Below the pieces are notes generated by a model that made no database searches, was not told where the DNA came from, and saw only the letters and a list, made by a program, of their open reading frames with translations. A program made the translations under genes and the position numbers. Below are positions 20,160 through 29,534 of a stretch of 33,704 nt of DNA, piece by piece. Position 1 is the stretch's first letter, and every line of letters begins with the position of its first letter. Origin of the DNA: an uncultured Candidatus Saccharibacteria bacterium (GTDB lineage: Bacteria; Patescibacteriota; Minisyncoccia; UBA6257; 2-01-FULL-56-20); NCBI GenBank assembly GCA_964577245.1, contig CAZNYI010000003.1:1-33704 (forward strand). Direction: 5' to 3'.

Positions 20160-22901
20160 ATGTTTGGAGGCATTGAACAATTCTTTAAGAAGCGCTCGCT
20201 TGCGGGGTTTGAGGCGGGGGTGGTTTTGATAAACGAACTTGAATCGGAAGTCGCAAAATTGACAGACGACGAGGTGAAAGCTGAGAGCGCAAAGTTGAAA
20301 GAGCAAGTGACCGCGGCGGTGGCCGCAACGGCCGCGACAACGGATGCGCCCGATGCGGCAACCGAGGCGGCGGCGCTCGCTGGCATTTTGCCGCGCGCGT
20401 TCGCGCTCGCGCGTGAGGCGGCGAAGCGCGCGCTCGACCAGCGGCCATTTGACGTGCAACTTTTGGGCGGGCAAGTGCTGCACCAAGGCGCCGTGGCAGA
20501 AATGATGACGGGTGAGGGGAAAACGCTCGCGGCCGTGGCGCCTGCGTATCTGAACGCGCTTGCGGGCCGCGGCGTGCACGTGGTCACGGTAAACGAATAT
20601 CTTGCACGGCGCGATGCGGTGTGGATGGGAAAGGTGTACCGCATGTTGGGGCTAACCGTCGCATGTCTCATTCCGAACGCCGCATTCATTTATGATCCTG
20701 AATGGAAGGTGCCGGAAGATGCGGAGCAATTGGCCGAAAAAGAAATAGAAGCGACGGGCAGCTTCTTGGTGCAGCAGGATTTTTTGCGGCCGTGCGCGCG
20801 GCGCGAAGCATATGCCGCGGACATCACCTATGGCACGAACCACGAGTTCGGCTTTGATTATTTGCGCGACAATTTGGTGTATCGTTTGGAGGATCGCGTG
20901 CAGCGCGGCCACCACTTTGCGATCATAGACGAGGTAGACAGCATTTTAATAGACGAGGCGCGGACGCCGCTTATCATCGCCGCGGCGGATTCGCAATCAA
21001 GCGATGCCTATAAAGCCTTTGCGCGCATTGCGGCGCTGCTCGAAAAAGATAAGGACTATGAGGTGGATGAAAAGCGAAAAACGGCGTCAATTTTGGACGC
21101 CGGCGTGGAAAAAGTGGAAAAAGTGCTCGGCATGAAGAATATTTATGCGCCGGAAAATATCCGCCTGGTGCACTATCTTGAAGAAAGTTTGAAGGCAAAG
21201 GCGCTCTTTTTCCGCGACCGCGATTATGTAGTGAAGAACGGCGAAGTGATCATCGTGGACGAGTTCACGGGCCGCATGTTGATCGGCCGGCGCTACCAGG
21301 CAGGCCTGCACCAAGCGATTGAGGCAAAAGAGGGAGTGAACGTGAAAGACGAATCGCGCACCTATGCCAAGATTTCCATTCAGAATTATTTCCGCATGTA
21401 CAAAAAGATCTCCGGCATGACGGGAACGGCACAGACGTCCGCCGAGGAATTCCATAAAGTATATAAGCTGGAAGTGGTGAGCGTTCCGCCGAACAAGCCG
21501 CTCGCGCGCCGCGACCTGAACGATCTTATCTATAAGAATTTCAAAGCGAAGGTGGACGCGGTGGTGCACGAGGTGGGGGAGCGGCAAAAGAAAGGCCAGC
21601 CGGTGCTTTTGGGCACCACGTCCATCGCAAAGAATGAGATCTTTTCGGCGGCGCTGTCGCAGGCGAACATCCCACACGAAGTGTTGAATGCAAAGAATAA
21701 CGAGCGCGAGGGCGCGATCATTGCGCAGGCCGGGCGGCCAGGCGCGGTAACGGTCGCAACAAACGTGGCCGGCCGTGGCGTAGACATTCTTTTCGGCGGC
21801 AACCCGCCGAAGCCGGAGGACGCGGCGAAGGTGCGCGAATTGGGCGGATTGCACGTAATCGGCACCGAGCGGCACGAGGCCCGGCGTATAGACAACCAGC
21901 TCCGCGGCCGCGCGGGCCGGCAAGGCGATCCGGGTTCCACGCAATTTTTCCTTTCCGCGGAAGACGACCTATTGCGCATCTTCGGCGGTGAGCGGATGGG
22001 CAACATGATGAAGCGGCTGGATCTGCCGGACGACCAACCAATAGAGTTCAAGTTTGTGTCTAAGGCCGTGGCGCAGGCGCAAGAAAAAGTGGAAGGTGCG
22101 AACTTCGATATGCGCAAGCACTTGCTTGAATATGACGACGTACTGAACCGCCAGCGCTCGGCGGTCTATAAACGCCGCACTGATTTTTTGGAGCTATTCA
22201 CGAAAGAAGCGGTTACAAAAACGATCACTGACGCCGTCCTTGCGCATTTTGATGTGGCATTCGCGCCGGTATTTCACGAGATCGAGACGGGATCTGCCGG
22301 GCCAGAAGCCACCGCAACGCGTCGCGATGAATTGGTGCGCTATTTCAAAGAATCACAGTTGATCCCGAATGGCGCTGAAGGTGATGCCGTGTTCGCCACT
22401 TTAAAGACCGCTGACGACGCGCGAAAATTGGTTGAAGAAAAAGCGGCACAGGCGGGGGAGAACGAAAACGCGAAGGGCCAGCTTCTTGGCATTTTAGACA
22501 TGCTTTGGATGACGAACCTTGAAGACCTTGAGGCGCTCTCCGAGTCTGTCGGCCTCCGTGCCTATGGCCAACGCGACCCGCTCGTGGAGTATCGGCACGA
22601 AGCCAGCCATCTCTTCAAAGATTTTTGGAACAACTTCAATGGAATGGTGTTTGCGAACGCGTTCAAGCTTGTGGGGCAAGCGGGTGGCGCGGGTGGCGGC
22701 GGGAACACCAACCAAAATCGCGCCGTGCTTCAATCGGGCGGCGGCGCTGTGCAATCAAACAGGGTCGGAAGGAATGATCCATGTTTCTGTGGGTCTGGCA
22801 AAAAATTTAAAAAGTGCGGGTTGATCAACACCGAAGAGCATCAGCGATTAATGAAAGAAGGACCAAAACAAAAGCCGAAGCACGAAGTGACGGGAGGATA
22901 A
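20160..22901 (+). CDS. secA: preprotein translocase ATPase SecA
   Basis: MMTGEGKTL (Walker A), VTVNEYLARRD, DEVDSILIDEARTPLII, GRAGRQGDPG and the C-terminal zinc motif CFCGSGKKFKKC. Confidence 0.97.
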   Translation: MFGGIEQFFKKRSLAGFEAGVVLINELESEVAKLTDDEVKAESAKLKEQVTAAVAATAATTDAPDAATEAAALAGILPRAFALAREAAKRALDQRPFDVQLLGGQVLHQGAVAEMMTGEGKTLAAVAPAYLNALAGRGVHVVTVNEYLARRDAVWMGKVYRMLGLTVACLIPNAAFIYDPEWKVPEDAEQLAEKEIEATGSFLVQQDFLRPCARREAYAADITYGTNHEFGFDYLRDNLVYRLEDRVQRGHHFAIIDEVDSILIDEARTPLIIAAADSQSSDAYKAFARIAALLEKDKDYEVDEKRKTASILDAGVEKVEKVLGMKNIYAPENIRLVHYLEESLKAKALFFRDRDYVVKNGEVIIVDEFTGRMLIGRRYQAGLHQAIEAKEGVNVKDESRTYAKISIQNYFRMYKKISGMTGTAQTSAEEFHKVYKLEVVSVPPNKPLARRDLNDLIYKNFKAKVDAVVHEVGERQKKGQPVLLGTTSIAKNEIFSAALSQANIPHEVLNAKNNEREGAIIAQAGRPGAVTVATNVAGRGVDILFGGNPPKPEDAAKVRELGGLHVIGTERHEARRIDNQLRGRAGRQGDPGSTQFFLSAEDDLLRIFGGERMGNMMKRLDLPDDQPIEFKFVSKAVAQAQEKVEGANFDMRKHLLEYDDVLNRQRSAVYKRRTDFLELFTKEAVTKTITDAVLAHFDVAFAPVFHEIETGSAGPEATATRRDELVRYFKESQLIPNGAEGDAVFATLKTADDARKLVEEKAAQAGENENAKGQLLGILDMLWMTNLEDLEALSESVGLRAYGQRDPLVEYRHEASHLFKDFWNNFNGMVFANAFKLVGQAGGAGGGGNTNQNRAVLQSGGGAVQSNRVGRNDPCFCGSGKKFKKCGLINTEEHQRLMKEGPKQKPKHEVTGG

Positions 22902-22904
22902 AAC

Positions 22905-23219
22905 ATGACCAAAGAGTCAATCGGAAAGCCGTCGATCGCCGAGCAACCCGCATTCCAGCAATTTATAGCAGACCGCGGGATTGCTCCCGCTGATTTCCAT
23001 TTGATCGATGCATTAGCTACTTTCCCAAAAGATATGATCAATGAGGGGTTGCATAATATATTCAACACCTATCACGAGGAAAGTGCGGAAGAATTGGAGC
23101 GGATGGCTGAAAATGCTACGGGCGAACGCAAGGAACTCTATGCTGCGGCGTTGCAGTTCTGTCGGGTGTATGGTTGGGCGGCAAGTTGGAACCTTGAGCG
23201 GCTATTGGAAAGACCGTGA
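22905..23219 (+). CDS. hypothetical protein, 104 aa
   Basis: The ORF starts 3 nt after the secA stop. Ordinary composition, no recognisable domain. Confidence 0.55.
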   Translation: MTKESIGKPSIAEQPAFQQFIADRGIAPADFHLIDALATFPKDMINEGLHNIFNTYHEESAEELERMAENATGERKELYAAALQFCRVYGWAASWNLERLLERP

Positions 23220-23252
23220 CGTGAAAGTAATACAGCGTTGTATAATTATTAT

Positions 23253-24128
23253 ATGTTTGAACAACCCCCGCGAGAAGAAGAAACGCAACGAACCGGATCG
23301 CCGGAACGCTTAATGAAGGCGCTGAAGGTTTTGGTTGAGATGGGGGTAAAAAACGTAAAGGTGGAAGGGGAAGAAAACCTGAACGACCTCCCGCCCGATG
23401 CAAAAGTGATCGTGGTGACATCGCACATATCAGATGTCGACGTTCCACTCGCGGCCTATGGGGTTGGGGAGAAATTGAACGTTGCCATCACCACCGATTC
23501 GTTCCAGCATCATCTTACGGAAAATCCGATTTCGAAGATTGGTTTTCAAATTGCGGGTCAGGATAATTTTTTGCCTATCCAATATGATCGGAAAACCGGG
23601 CACGGACGTTTCAATCCGTCGGATTTTGATGCTATGCAGACGGAACTGAATGAGGGTAAGGCTATCGTTATGGCGGGGCATGCTCCAAGCATTGAAAAGG
23701 ATCCGGACAAGGTGGCGTGGCACCTGCCGGACAAGGGGACGATCGGGTCGGCGTATTTGGCGGAACTTTCCGGCGCCGTTCTTGTGCCGGTTGCGGTTGA
23801 TATAGAATCAGAAACGCCAACCGGCATGGGGGCCGATTCGGTGATGCGAGGACTTAAAAATATGGTTCAAACCATGCGACACAAACCGGACGCCCGCGTG
23901 ATCATTGGGAAACCAATAATCCTGCCCCACATCGAGGGAATAGAAGGATTCGGAAATCTTTCGAGCAATAAAGACGCGCCGGCAGAAAATCGTCGTGCAG
24001 AGTTTCGAAGGATACGGACTGAATTGGAAACGGCATCCGATGAAATTATGGGGCAGTTGGCCTCTCTTCTGCCTCCTTCAAAACGGGGCGTGTGGGGCGA
24101 GAGCGAAGCGGAGGGCGTCGCTGCATGA
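23253..24128 (+). CDS. PlsC-like lysophospholipid/glycerolipid acyltransferase, atypical
   Basis: An H-x4-D motif occurs in VVTSHISDVDVP. Start set at ATG 23253, 6 nt after TATAAT 23241-23246; the tracked start is 23238. No clear PEGTR block. Confidence 0.6.
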   Translation: MFEQPPREEETQRTGSPERLMKALKVLVEMGVKNVKVEGEENLNDLPPDAKVIVVTSHISDVDVPLAAYGVGEKLNVAITTDSFQHHLTENPISKIGFQIAGQDNFLPIQYDRKTGHGRFNPSDFDAMQTELNEGKAIVMAGHAPSIEKDPDKVAWHLPDKGTIGSAYLAELSGAVLVPVAVDIESETPTGMGADSVMRGLKNMVQTMRHKPDARVIIGKPIILPHIEGIEGFGNLSSNKDAPAENRRAEFRRIRTELETASDEIMGQLASLLPPSKRGVWGESEAEGVAA

Positions 24129-24304
24129 AGACAAAAAGCAAGCGGGCAATCGAGCAGCTGTATCATTTTTCCTGCGCCAAGTGCGAAAAATGGTGGAGTG
24201 TTGGTGATGCGCCGAAATCAAAAACGATCTGGTATTGTCCGTGGTGCGGCGCAGTGAACGAATATAAAACGAGGCACCCACGCGCGCGGCGGGGCACCTC
24301 TTAG
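24125..24304 (+). CDS. zinc-ribbon miniprotein, 59 aa
   Basis: CAKC...CPWC arrangement (two CxxC pairs). ATG 24125 overlaps the upstream TGA (ATGA). Confidence 0.45.
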   Translation: MKTKSKRAIEQLYHFSCAKCEKWWSVGDAPKSKTIWYCPWCGAVNEYKTRHPRARRGTS

Positions 24305-24328
24305 TTTTGGTGTGAATTCGGCGGAGGA

Positions 24329-24835
24329 TCAACTGATCGGTTTTAAGACCCGCACCTGAGCAGGTCTTATTGCTCGCAGTTTCCCCTTTATTGGCCGCGC
24401 GTTGTCCACGAACCATAGGCACACAAGGCACATGATGAAGAGGGCCGTGTCGCCAGCCATGGTGGCCTGCATGCGCAGCGTCCGTCGCTCGTTCGCCGCT
24501 TGGATGGCGGCCTGCATGCGCAATACCCTTTGTTCGTTCGCCGCTTGAATGGCGGCCAGTGCAAGGCGTTCTCGTGTAGCTTGTCGTGCCAACTCGTCTT
24601 GAGTTTTAATGAGCTCGCCGAGCAGGTCCGAAATCGTCACGGTATTCCGCGCATCAGCTCTTTTTCTCTCTGCCGTCTCTGCCTTCATTGCTGCTTCCAG
24701 TTTTCTTACGGTTTCTCGTAACTGTTTCTGAGTTATGCCGGAAGCAACTTCGGGTTGCGGTGGAATTTTTCCGTCGGCGCTCGCGCCGATAAGAAAAGAA
24801 GCTAACAACATCGACACGACGCCGAATGTTCGCAT
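24329..24835 (-). CDS. secreted/anchored coiled-coil protein with an internal 15-aa repeat
   Basis: Signal-like N-terminus VVSMLLASFLIGASA. Repeats AIQAANEQRVLRMQA and AIQAANERRTLRMQA. C-terminal hydrophobic segment ALFIMCLVCLWF. GC-rich. Confidence 0.55.
   Translation of the reverse strand: MRTFGVVSMLLASFLIGASADGKIPPQPEVASGITQKQLRETVRKLEAAMKAETAERKRADARNTVTISDLLGELIKTQDELARQATRERLALAAIQAANEQRVLRMQAAIQAANERRTLRMQATMAGDTALFIMCLVCLWFVDNARPIKGKLRAIRPAQVRVLKPIS
24464..24557. repeat. 45-bp tandem repeat, about 2.1 copies, in frame within the coiled-coil gene
   Basis: Unit 24464-24508 and unit 24509-24553 are about 80 percent identical by eye. The next unit begins ggcc at 24554. Confidence 0.8.
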
Positions 24836-24958
24836 GGTGTTTCCCCCCCCTGACGGCCTAAGCCGTGTTTTTCAAGCATTTCCTGTATATATACTACAAA
24901 AAGCACCCATTTTTACGTACAAACGCGGCGTTTCCACACAACCTGCTATAATAGAGAG

Positions 24959-25633
24959 GTGCCTAAGAAAGTAATTTTGTTTGACTTTGACGGTACGATC
25001 GCACCCACCATTGCCGTGGGCGTTTCTGTTTTTAACGAGCTGGCGCGTGAGCACGGCTTTTTGGAGATCACGCCGAAGAATGCTGTGGATTTGCGGAAAA
25101 AAGGGCCGTGGCAGGTTATGCAGGCGCTCCACATTCCAAAGATGAAAGTGCCGCTCGTCGTCGCGCGGTTGCGCAAAGGGGTGCAGTTGAAGATCGGTGC
25201 GCTTGCGGTGGGGGAAGACATGCGCAAAGTGCTGCTCACCTTAAAACAGAAAGGATACGGCCTCGGCATCGTCACCTCCAGTTCAAAAGCGAACGTGCTT
25301 GAATTTTTGAAAAAGAACCAGTTGGAAATTTTTGATTATATTGAAGCGGGCTCCGGACTTTTCTTCAAGGCGCGCGCGATCAAAAAAGTTATTGCGCGTC
25401 ATCATTTACAAAAGACGGACATCGCTTTTGTGGGGGACGAGATCCGTGACGTGGCGGCGGCGCGCAAGAATAATATCACGGCCGTGGCGGTCGTGTGGGG
25501 CGCCAACTCGCGTGAGGGACTTGCCTCCGAGCACCCTGATTTTATTGCCGACACCCCGCCCGCACTCGCGACGATTTTATCCCGCGTCTCTCGTGGCGAG
25601 CACCACGTCGTCGCGAATGCCGTAGATCGTTAA
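24959..25633 (+). CDS. HAD-superfamily phosphatase (phosphoglycolate phosphatase-like)
   Basis: FDFDGTIA (motif I), GIVTSS (motif II) and VGDEIRD (motif IV). GTG 24959 lies 6 nt after TATAAT 24947-24952. Confidence 0.8.
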   Translation: MPKKVILFDFDGTIAPTIAVGVSVFNELAREHGFLEITPKNAVDLRKKGPWQVMQALHIPKMKVPLVVARLRKGVQLKIGALAVGEDMRKVLLTLKQKGYGLGIVTSSSKANVLEFLKKNQLEIFDYIEAGSGLFFKARAIKKVIARHHLQKTDIAFVGDEIRDVAAARKNNITAVAVVWGANSREGLASEHPDFIADTPPALATILSRVSRGEHHVVANAVDR

Positions 25634-26341
25634 GTGGATTTTTGGGAACGATAGCTGCCTGCCGGTTTTTCGTATTATGTTTTTCATCTCGCGCAACGAG
25701 GGGAGCGTGGTGTCGGTACGCCGCAGTGTTGGCCGTGCCTCACTGCCAAAAATATTCGGATAGATCTTTGGGATGTCGGTATTGATCTCTGCCGGGTATG
25801 CCGCGAGTGGGGCAAGCTTGGCGCCGTATTTTCCGGGCACCTTACGATACCACGGCCCGAACTCGCGCCGAACGAGTTTCTCCCACGCTTCGTACCATGT
25901 GTCATACCGCACCTGATTTTCATACATGGTTCCCGTGCAGATCTTACTCCCACAATGGCACGCGCGCTCACCGCATGTCATGTCTTTCTCCTCCGCCACA
26001 TAAAGGCTGTAATTCACGGTGATCTCTTCTCCTTTGAATATTTTGCGGATGGCAACGTAGAGAATATGCCCCTGGTAAGGGTATGCGTCACAGTTATTGG
26101 CGCATGAATGGTTGACGAGATGAACGCCATCGTGTTTCGGGTTCGCGAGGATGTCATAGCGCAGCCCGCCGCGCATATCATAAAGGCCATCTATAGATTC
26201 GTCGCTGCTATCGGGACGGATGATCGTGCCAAGATAATCGCCAAGCACGGTGCCGGCGTCTATGTCGTGGGTCGCGAACACGCCGCGACCGGTGTTCCGC
26301 AGCGTTTTGATCCGATAATATGATTTCGGAATGATGAACAT
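25577..26341 (-). CDS. SET-domain methyltransferase with a Cys-rich post-SET-like segment
   Basis: GRGVFATHDIDAGTVLGDYLG, VNHSCANNCD, KGEEITVNYS and CHCGSKICTG. Confidence 0.8.
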   Translation of the reverse strand: MFIIPKSYYRIKTLRNTGRGVFATHDIDAGTVLGDYLGTIIRPDSSDESIDGLYDMRGGLRYDILANPKHDGVHLVNHSCANNCDAYPYQGHILYVAIRKIFKGEEITVNYSLYVAEEKDMTCGERACHCGSKICTGTMYENQVRYDTWYEAWEKLVRREFGPWYRKVPGKYGAKLAPLAAYPAEINTDIPKIYPNIFGSEARPTLRRTDTTLPSLREMKNIIRKTGRQLSFPKIHLTIYGIRDDVVLATRDAG

Positions 26342-26404
26342 GGGAAGTAAATATAGTATACCGTTTCATTTGCGTTCTTGCATGGCGGGTGGTAATTTTT
26401 GTAT

Positions 26405-28111
26405 ATGAAGGAAAAACTGATCCCATCGGAACCGCACTTGCGGAGTGTTGAAAAAACCCTGCTCCTTTTGGGATCGGAAGAACTTCCAGACGGCACTTCG
26501 GTCAACTGGAAAGATCTCCACGATAAAGTGAAGCCATATCATTCAATGTATGAACTTACGGAGAATGTGCGGGAAGCAGTGCGTGAGTATGTAGCGAGAA
26601 AGATACCGAAACTGAAAGATGCCGTTCCTGCAATTGGGGAATTGGGGGAAGAAGAATTATTGGATGCGCTGACGCACAATTGGTACGAAACCGTAGAAGA
26701 GGAAACGGGCGGGCAGCGCCGCGAAGTTTTGCTTGCGGAGGCGGCGCATGTGGTGAAGCGGATAGAAACACTCGCAGAGCGAAAACTATTGCAAAGTGCT
26801 TCTCCTGAACAACTTCGCGAATTAGACGTAGAGCCTTCCATGCGAGACCTGCTTGTTGATGTTCTGGAAATTTCGGCAAAAGCAGATCCGCTTTTCGTAA
26901 GATTTCTGGCGTTTTCGCAATTGAGCAAAAAACCTCCGGAGGGGGTTCAAATGACGGGAATCCGGCTTGAGAACGATCCCACCGCGCATACCATTGCGGA
27001 ACTTTTTCCGCACGAGACGCAATTTATTTCGGAGCGGCTTCGTGTACTTTCCCAAAAAGAAGCGGATTGGAAAAAATATCCGGGCGGCGATGTCTTTGCG
27101 CACTATTTAGAGACGCTCGGTAAATTTTTCGGTACCGCGGACACAACGGAAGCCGCAAAGCTTTACGATGAGCTTATTGGATATTACAAAGAAGTCGTTG
27201 CGAGCGGCTTCCCGGTGCTTCTTACGCCGACGACCGAAGGTCATTATAAGCCACCGTATTTGGATCCGGAGCTTAAGGTGTTGGTGTCAAATTCAGAAAC
27301 AAAGACCGAAGAAGCGGCGTTTATGAGGGCGCAAGGAATGCTTGCGGAAAGCTTGGGAGAGATTGACGAAGAAGGGTTCAAAAAGGACGTGCTGGACCAC
27401 GACGTGAGGGTTTCTTTGGTGCTTGGTGGTTTTGGATCAAATCTGATGTTCCCCGGAGTGGCGCAAGAGGAGCCGGCATACCTTCTTTTCCTCAATGAGC
27501 AGGTCCGTGTCTATGATTCCCGATTCCCTTCGTACCTTGATTTTATTGGGAACGCAAAGGGTTCATTTGCGGAACTTCCGGAACAGGAAAAGAAAGAATA
27601 TATAGAACGGATGTCGCGCATGGCAACCATGCTCCATGAGTTCGGCCATCCGGTGCACGCACGGAAGTCGGAAGAGAGCCAGCGTTTGGGGGATGCGCCG
27701 CTCATCGCGATAGACGAAGTAAAGGCAGAAACGCTTTGGCGCGCCCTTGTTCCTTCGATGATCGAGAAAGGTCTTGTGGGCACGCGGGAGCAGTGGGCGG
27801 AGGCGATGCTCGCCGTGTCGCTTTTGTATGTGAACGACCAGCCCGATGGCGATTCCTATTATTCCGCCGGCGTTTATAACTTGAACACGCTTTTTGAAAA
27901 AGGGATCGTAACTTTTGAGAACAATAAAGTGGTAATAACCGATTTTGACGCGTACTATGTTGCGATGAAAGAAGATGCGGTCGGCGTGCTTGCGCTGTTT
28001 AGCGACGAAACCATGACGGAACGCAAAGCGTCCGCGTGGATCAAGGCGCAATGCGCGCCAAACGAAACGGTCCAAAAAGTTATTGACTTTGTGCGGAAGG
28101 CGTCCGGTTAG
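26405..28111 (+). CDS. zinc metallopeptidase, HEFGH motif, possibly M3/PepF-like
   Basis: MLHEFGHPVH is followed by acidic residues (IDEVKAE) about 25-30 aa downstream. The size (about 568 aa) and motif position are similar to oligoendopeptidase F. Family assignment is tentative. Confidence 0.5.
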   Translation: MKEKLIPSEPHLRSVEKTLLLLGSEELPDGTSVNWKDLHDKVKPYHSMYELTENVREAVREYVARKIPKLKDAVPAIGELGEEELLDALTHNWYETVEEETGGQRREVLLAEAAHVVKRIETLAERKLLQSASPEQLRELDVEPSMRDLLVDVLEISAKADPLFVRFLAFSQLSKKPPEGVQMTGIRLENDPTAHTIAELFPHETQFISERLRVLSQKEADWKKYPGGDVFAHYLETLGKFFGTADTTEAAKLYDELIGYYKEVVASGFPVLLTPTTEGHYKPPYLDPELKVLVSNSETKTEEAAFMRAQGMLAESLGEIDEEGFKKDVLDHDVRVSLVLGGFGSNLMFPGVAQEEPAYLLFLNEQVRVYDSRFPSYLDFIGNAKGSFAELPEQEKKEYIERMSRMATMLHEFGHPVHARKSEESQRLGDAPLIAIDEVKAETLWRALVPSMIEKGLVGTREQWAEAMLAVSLLYVNDQPDGDSYYSAGVYNLNTLFEKGIVTFENNKVVITDFDAYYVAMKEDAVGVLALFSDETMTERKASAWIKAQCAPNETVQKVIDFVRKASG

Positions 28112-28146
28112 CCCAAAGATAAATTTTCGTGATATATTACTAAAGT

Positions 28147-28590
28147 ATGAAGCGCGACTTTACGCATGCTCTCGTGAGGGATCTCGAAGAGAATGTCTAT
28201 TGCCGTCTGCGCCCATCAAAGGTGCACGGCGTTGGTATTTTTGCGATCCGCGATATTCCAAAGGGAAAGGATCCGTTCAAAAGTTTTTTGCCGTATAAAT
28301 TCGTCGCGGTTCCGGCCGCTTCGGTATTTGATAATCCCCATATTGATCCGGCGGTGAAGGAGTTTGCGAGCGATATGTATTCGGTCATGAAAGGCAAGCT
28401 CTACCTTTATAAAGGAGGCATGAACGGCATCGACATCAGCTTTTTCCTGAACCATTCCAAAAAACCAAATCTGACCGTACGGAAAGGCGGAGAGGCCTTT
28501 GTTACCGCGCGGAAAATAAAGAAAGGGGAGGAGCTTTTTTCCGATCAGAGCACCTATTCGGAGAATTTTGTTGATACGCGAAGAAGCTAA
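28147..28590 (+). CDS. small SET-domain protein
   Basis: HGVGIFAIRDIPKGKD, FLNHSKKPN and IKKGEELF. The extended -10 TGaTATATT lies 8 nt upstream of the ATG. Confidence 0.65.
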   Translation: MKRDFTHALVRDLEENVYCRLRPSKVHGVGIFAIRDIPKGKDPFKSFLPYKFVAVPAASVFDNPHIDPAVKEFASDMYSVMKGKLYLYKGGMNGIDISFFLNHSKKPNLTVRKGGEAFVTARKIKKGEELFSDQSTYSENFVDTRRS

Positions 28591-28595
28591 CGGCA

Positions 28596-29507
28596 ATGGA
28601 GCAATTTAACGACACGCTTGCGGAGCAATCACGGATAGAGCGGGCGATCCAGAAATATGGTTATGCGTCCGAGCATAATTTTTGGTGGTATCAATATTAT
28701 CAATATTGGTATAACCCGCCGCAGCGCAATATTTTCGTGGAAACGGATCACGGTGCGCTCTTCACGGCGTATAACGAGCGCGACAACGAATATTTTGTTG
28801 TATTTGATCCGATGGCGCCGGAGCAGTTCCGCGTCCCACTTCTTATGGAATATATAACATGGGTATTTTCAAACACTTCCGCGAAGAAGATCTGGTTTCA
28901 GCTTGAAAAAGGCGCGCGGCCGGCATTCTTGCGCGCCCTGCCGCCGTCATGCGCTTCCCGCCGTATCTATTACACTATGGAATCGCCGATCTACGACCTC
29001 CGAAAGTTCGACCCGGCGCTTCCGGGCGGTCACTACAAGACCCTGCGCAAAGAAATGCACAAATTCTACCGCGAACATACGGTTACCGTAGCGGACGCGA
29101 AAACGTATGAAGATCGCGAAAGTCTGCACGCCATCGTGAACCATTGGAAGAAGAAGCGCCCCAACCACGAGCGGGGAATGATGGGGGTGTATCACCAGAT
29201 GATAGACGGCAATTTTGAAGGTACGAAGGAGGCGCGCGTTTTTTTGGTGGATGGGGTTCCCGCCGGCATCAACGCCGGATGGATGATCCCGAATAGCGAC
29301 CGCTTTTACGGTGCGGTCGGCGTCCACGATTATTCGGTTGATGATCTTGGCGCGATGCTGTATCTCGAAGATTTAGTGTGGTTGAAGGCACACGGTTACC
29401 GCGAAGCGGACATGGGCGGCGGCGAACGATCGCTCACGGCATTCAAAAGTAAATTCCAACCGCAATCTTTTTATGAGACGGTGGTCTTTTCTGTCGCAAA
29501 GAAATGA
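28596..29507 (+). CDS. DUF2156/MprF-C-like or Fem-like GNAT-fold transferase, tentative
   Basis: The C-terminal GGGERSLTAFKSKFQP resembles the FK-x-KF-x-P block of aminoacyl-phosphatidylglycerol synthase C-domains. About 300 aa. By eye only. Confidence 0.4.
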   Translation: MEQFNDTLAEQSRIERAIQKYGYASEHNFWWYQYYQYWYNPPQRNIFVETDHGALFTAYNERDNEYFVVFDPMAPEQFRVPLLMEYITWVFSNTSAKKIWFQLEKGARPAFLRALPPSCASRRIYYTMESPIYDLRKFDPALPGGHYKTLRKEMHKFYREHTVTVADAKTYEDRESLHAIVNHWKKKRPNHERGMMGVYHQMIDGNFEGTKEARVFLVDGVPAGINAGWMIPNSDRFYGAVGVHDYSVDDLGAMLYLEDLVWLKAHGYREADMGGGERSLTAFKSKFQPQSFYETVVFSVAKK

Positions 29508-29534
29508 GGTATGGTAGTTATATAGGATAACGAT

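Noticed and set aside
20052-22117. Several long minus-strand ORFs inside secA (175, 180, 285, 195 and 107 aa)
   Set aside because: They are antisense shadows within an unambiguous secA gene.
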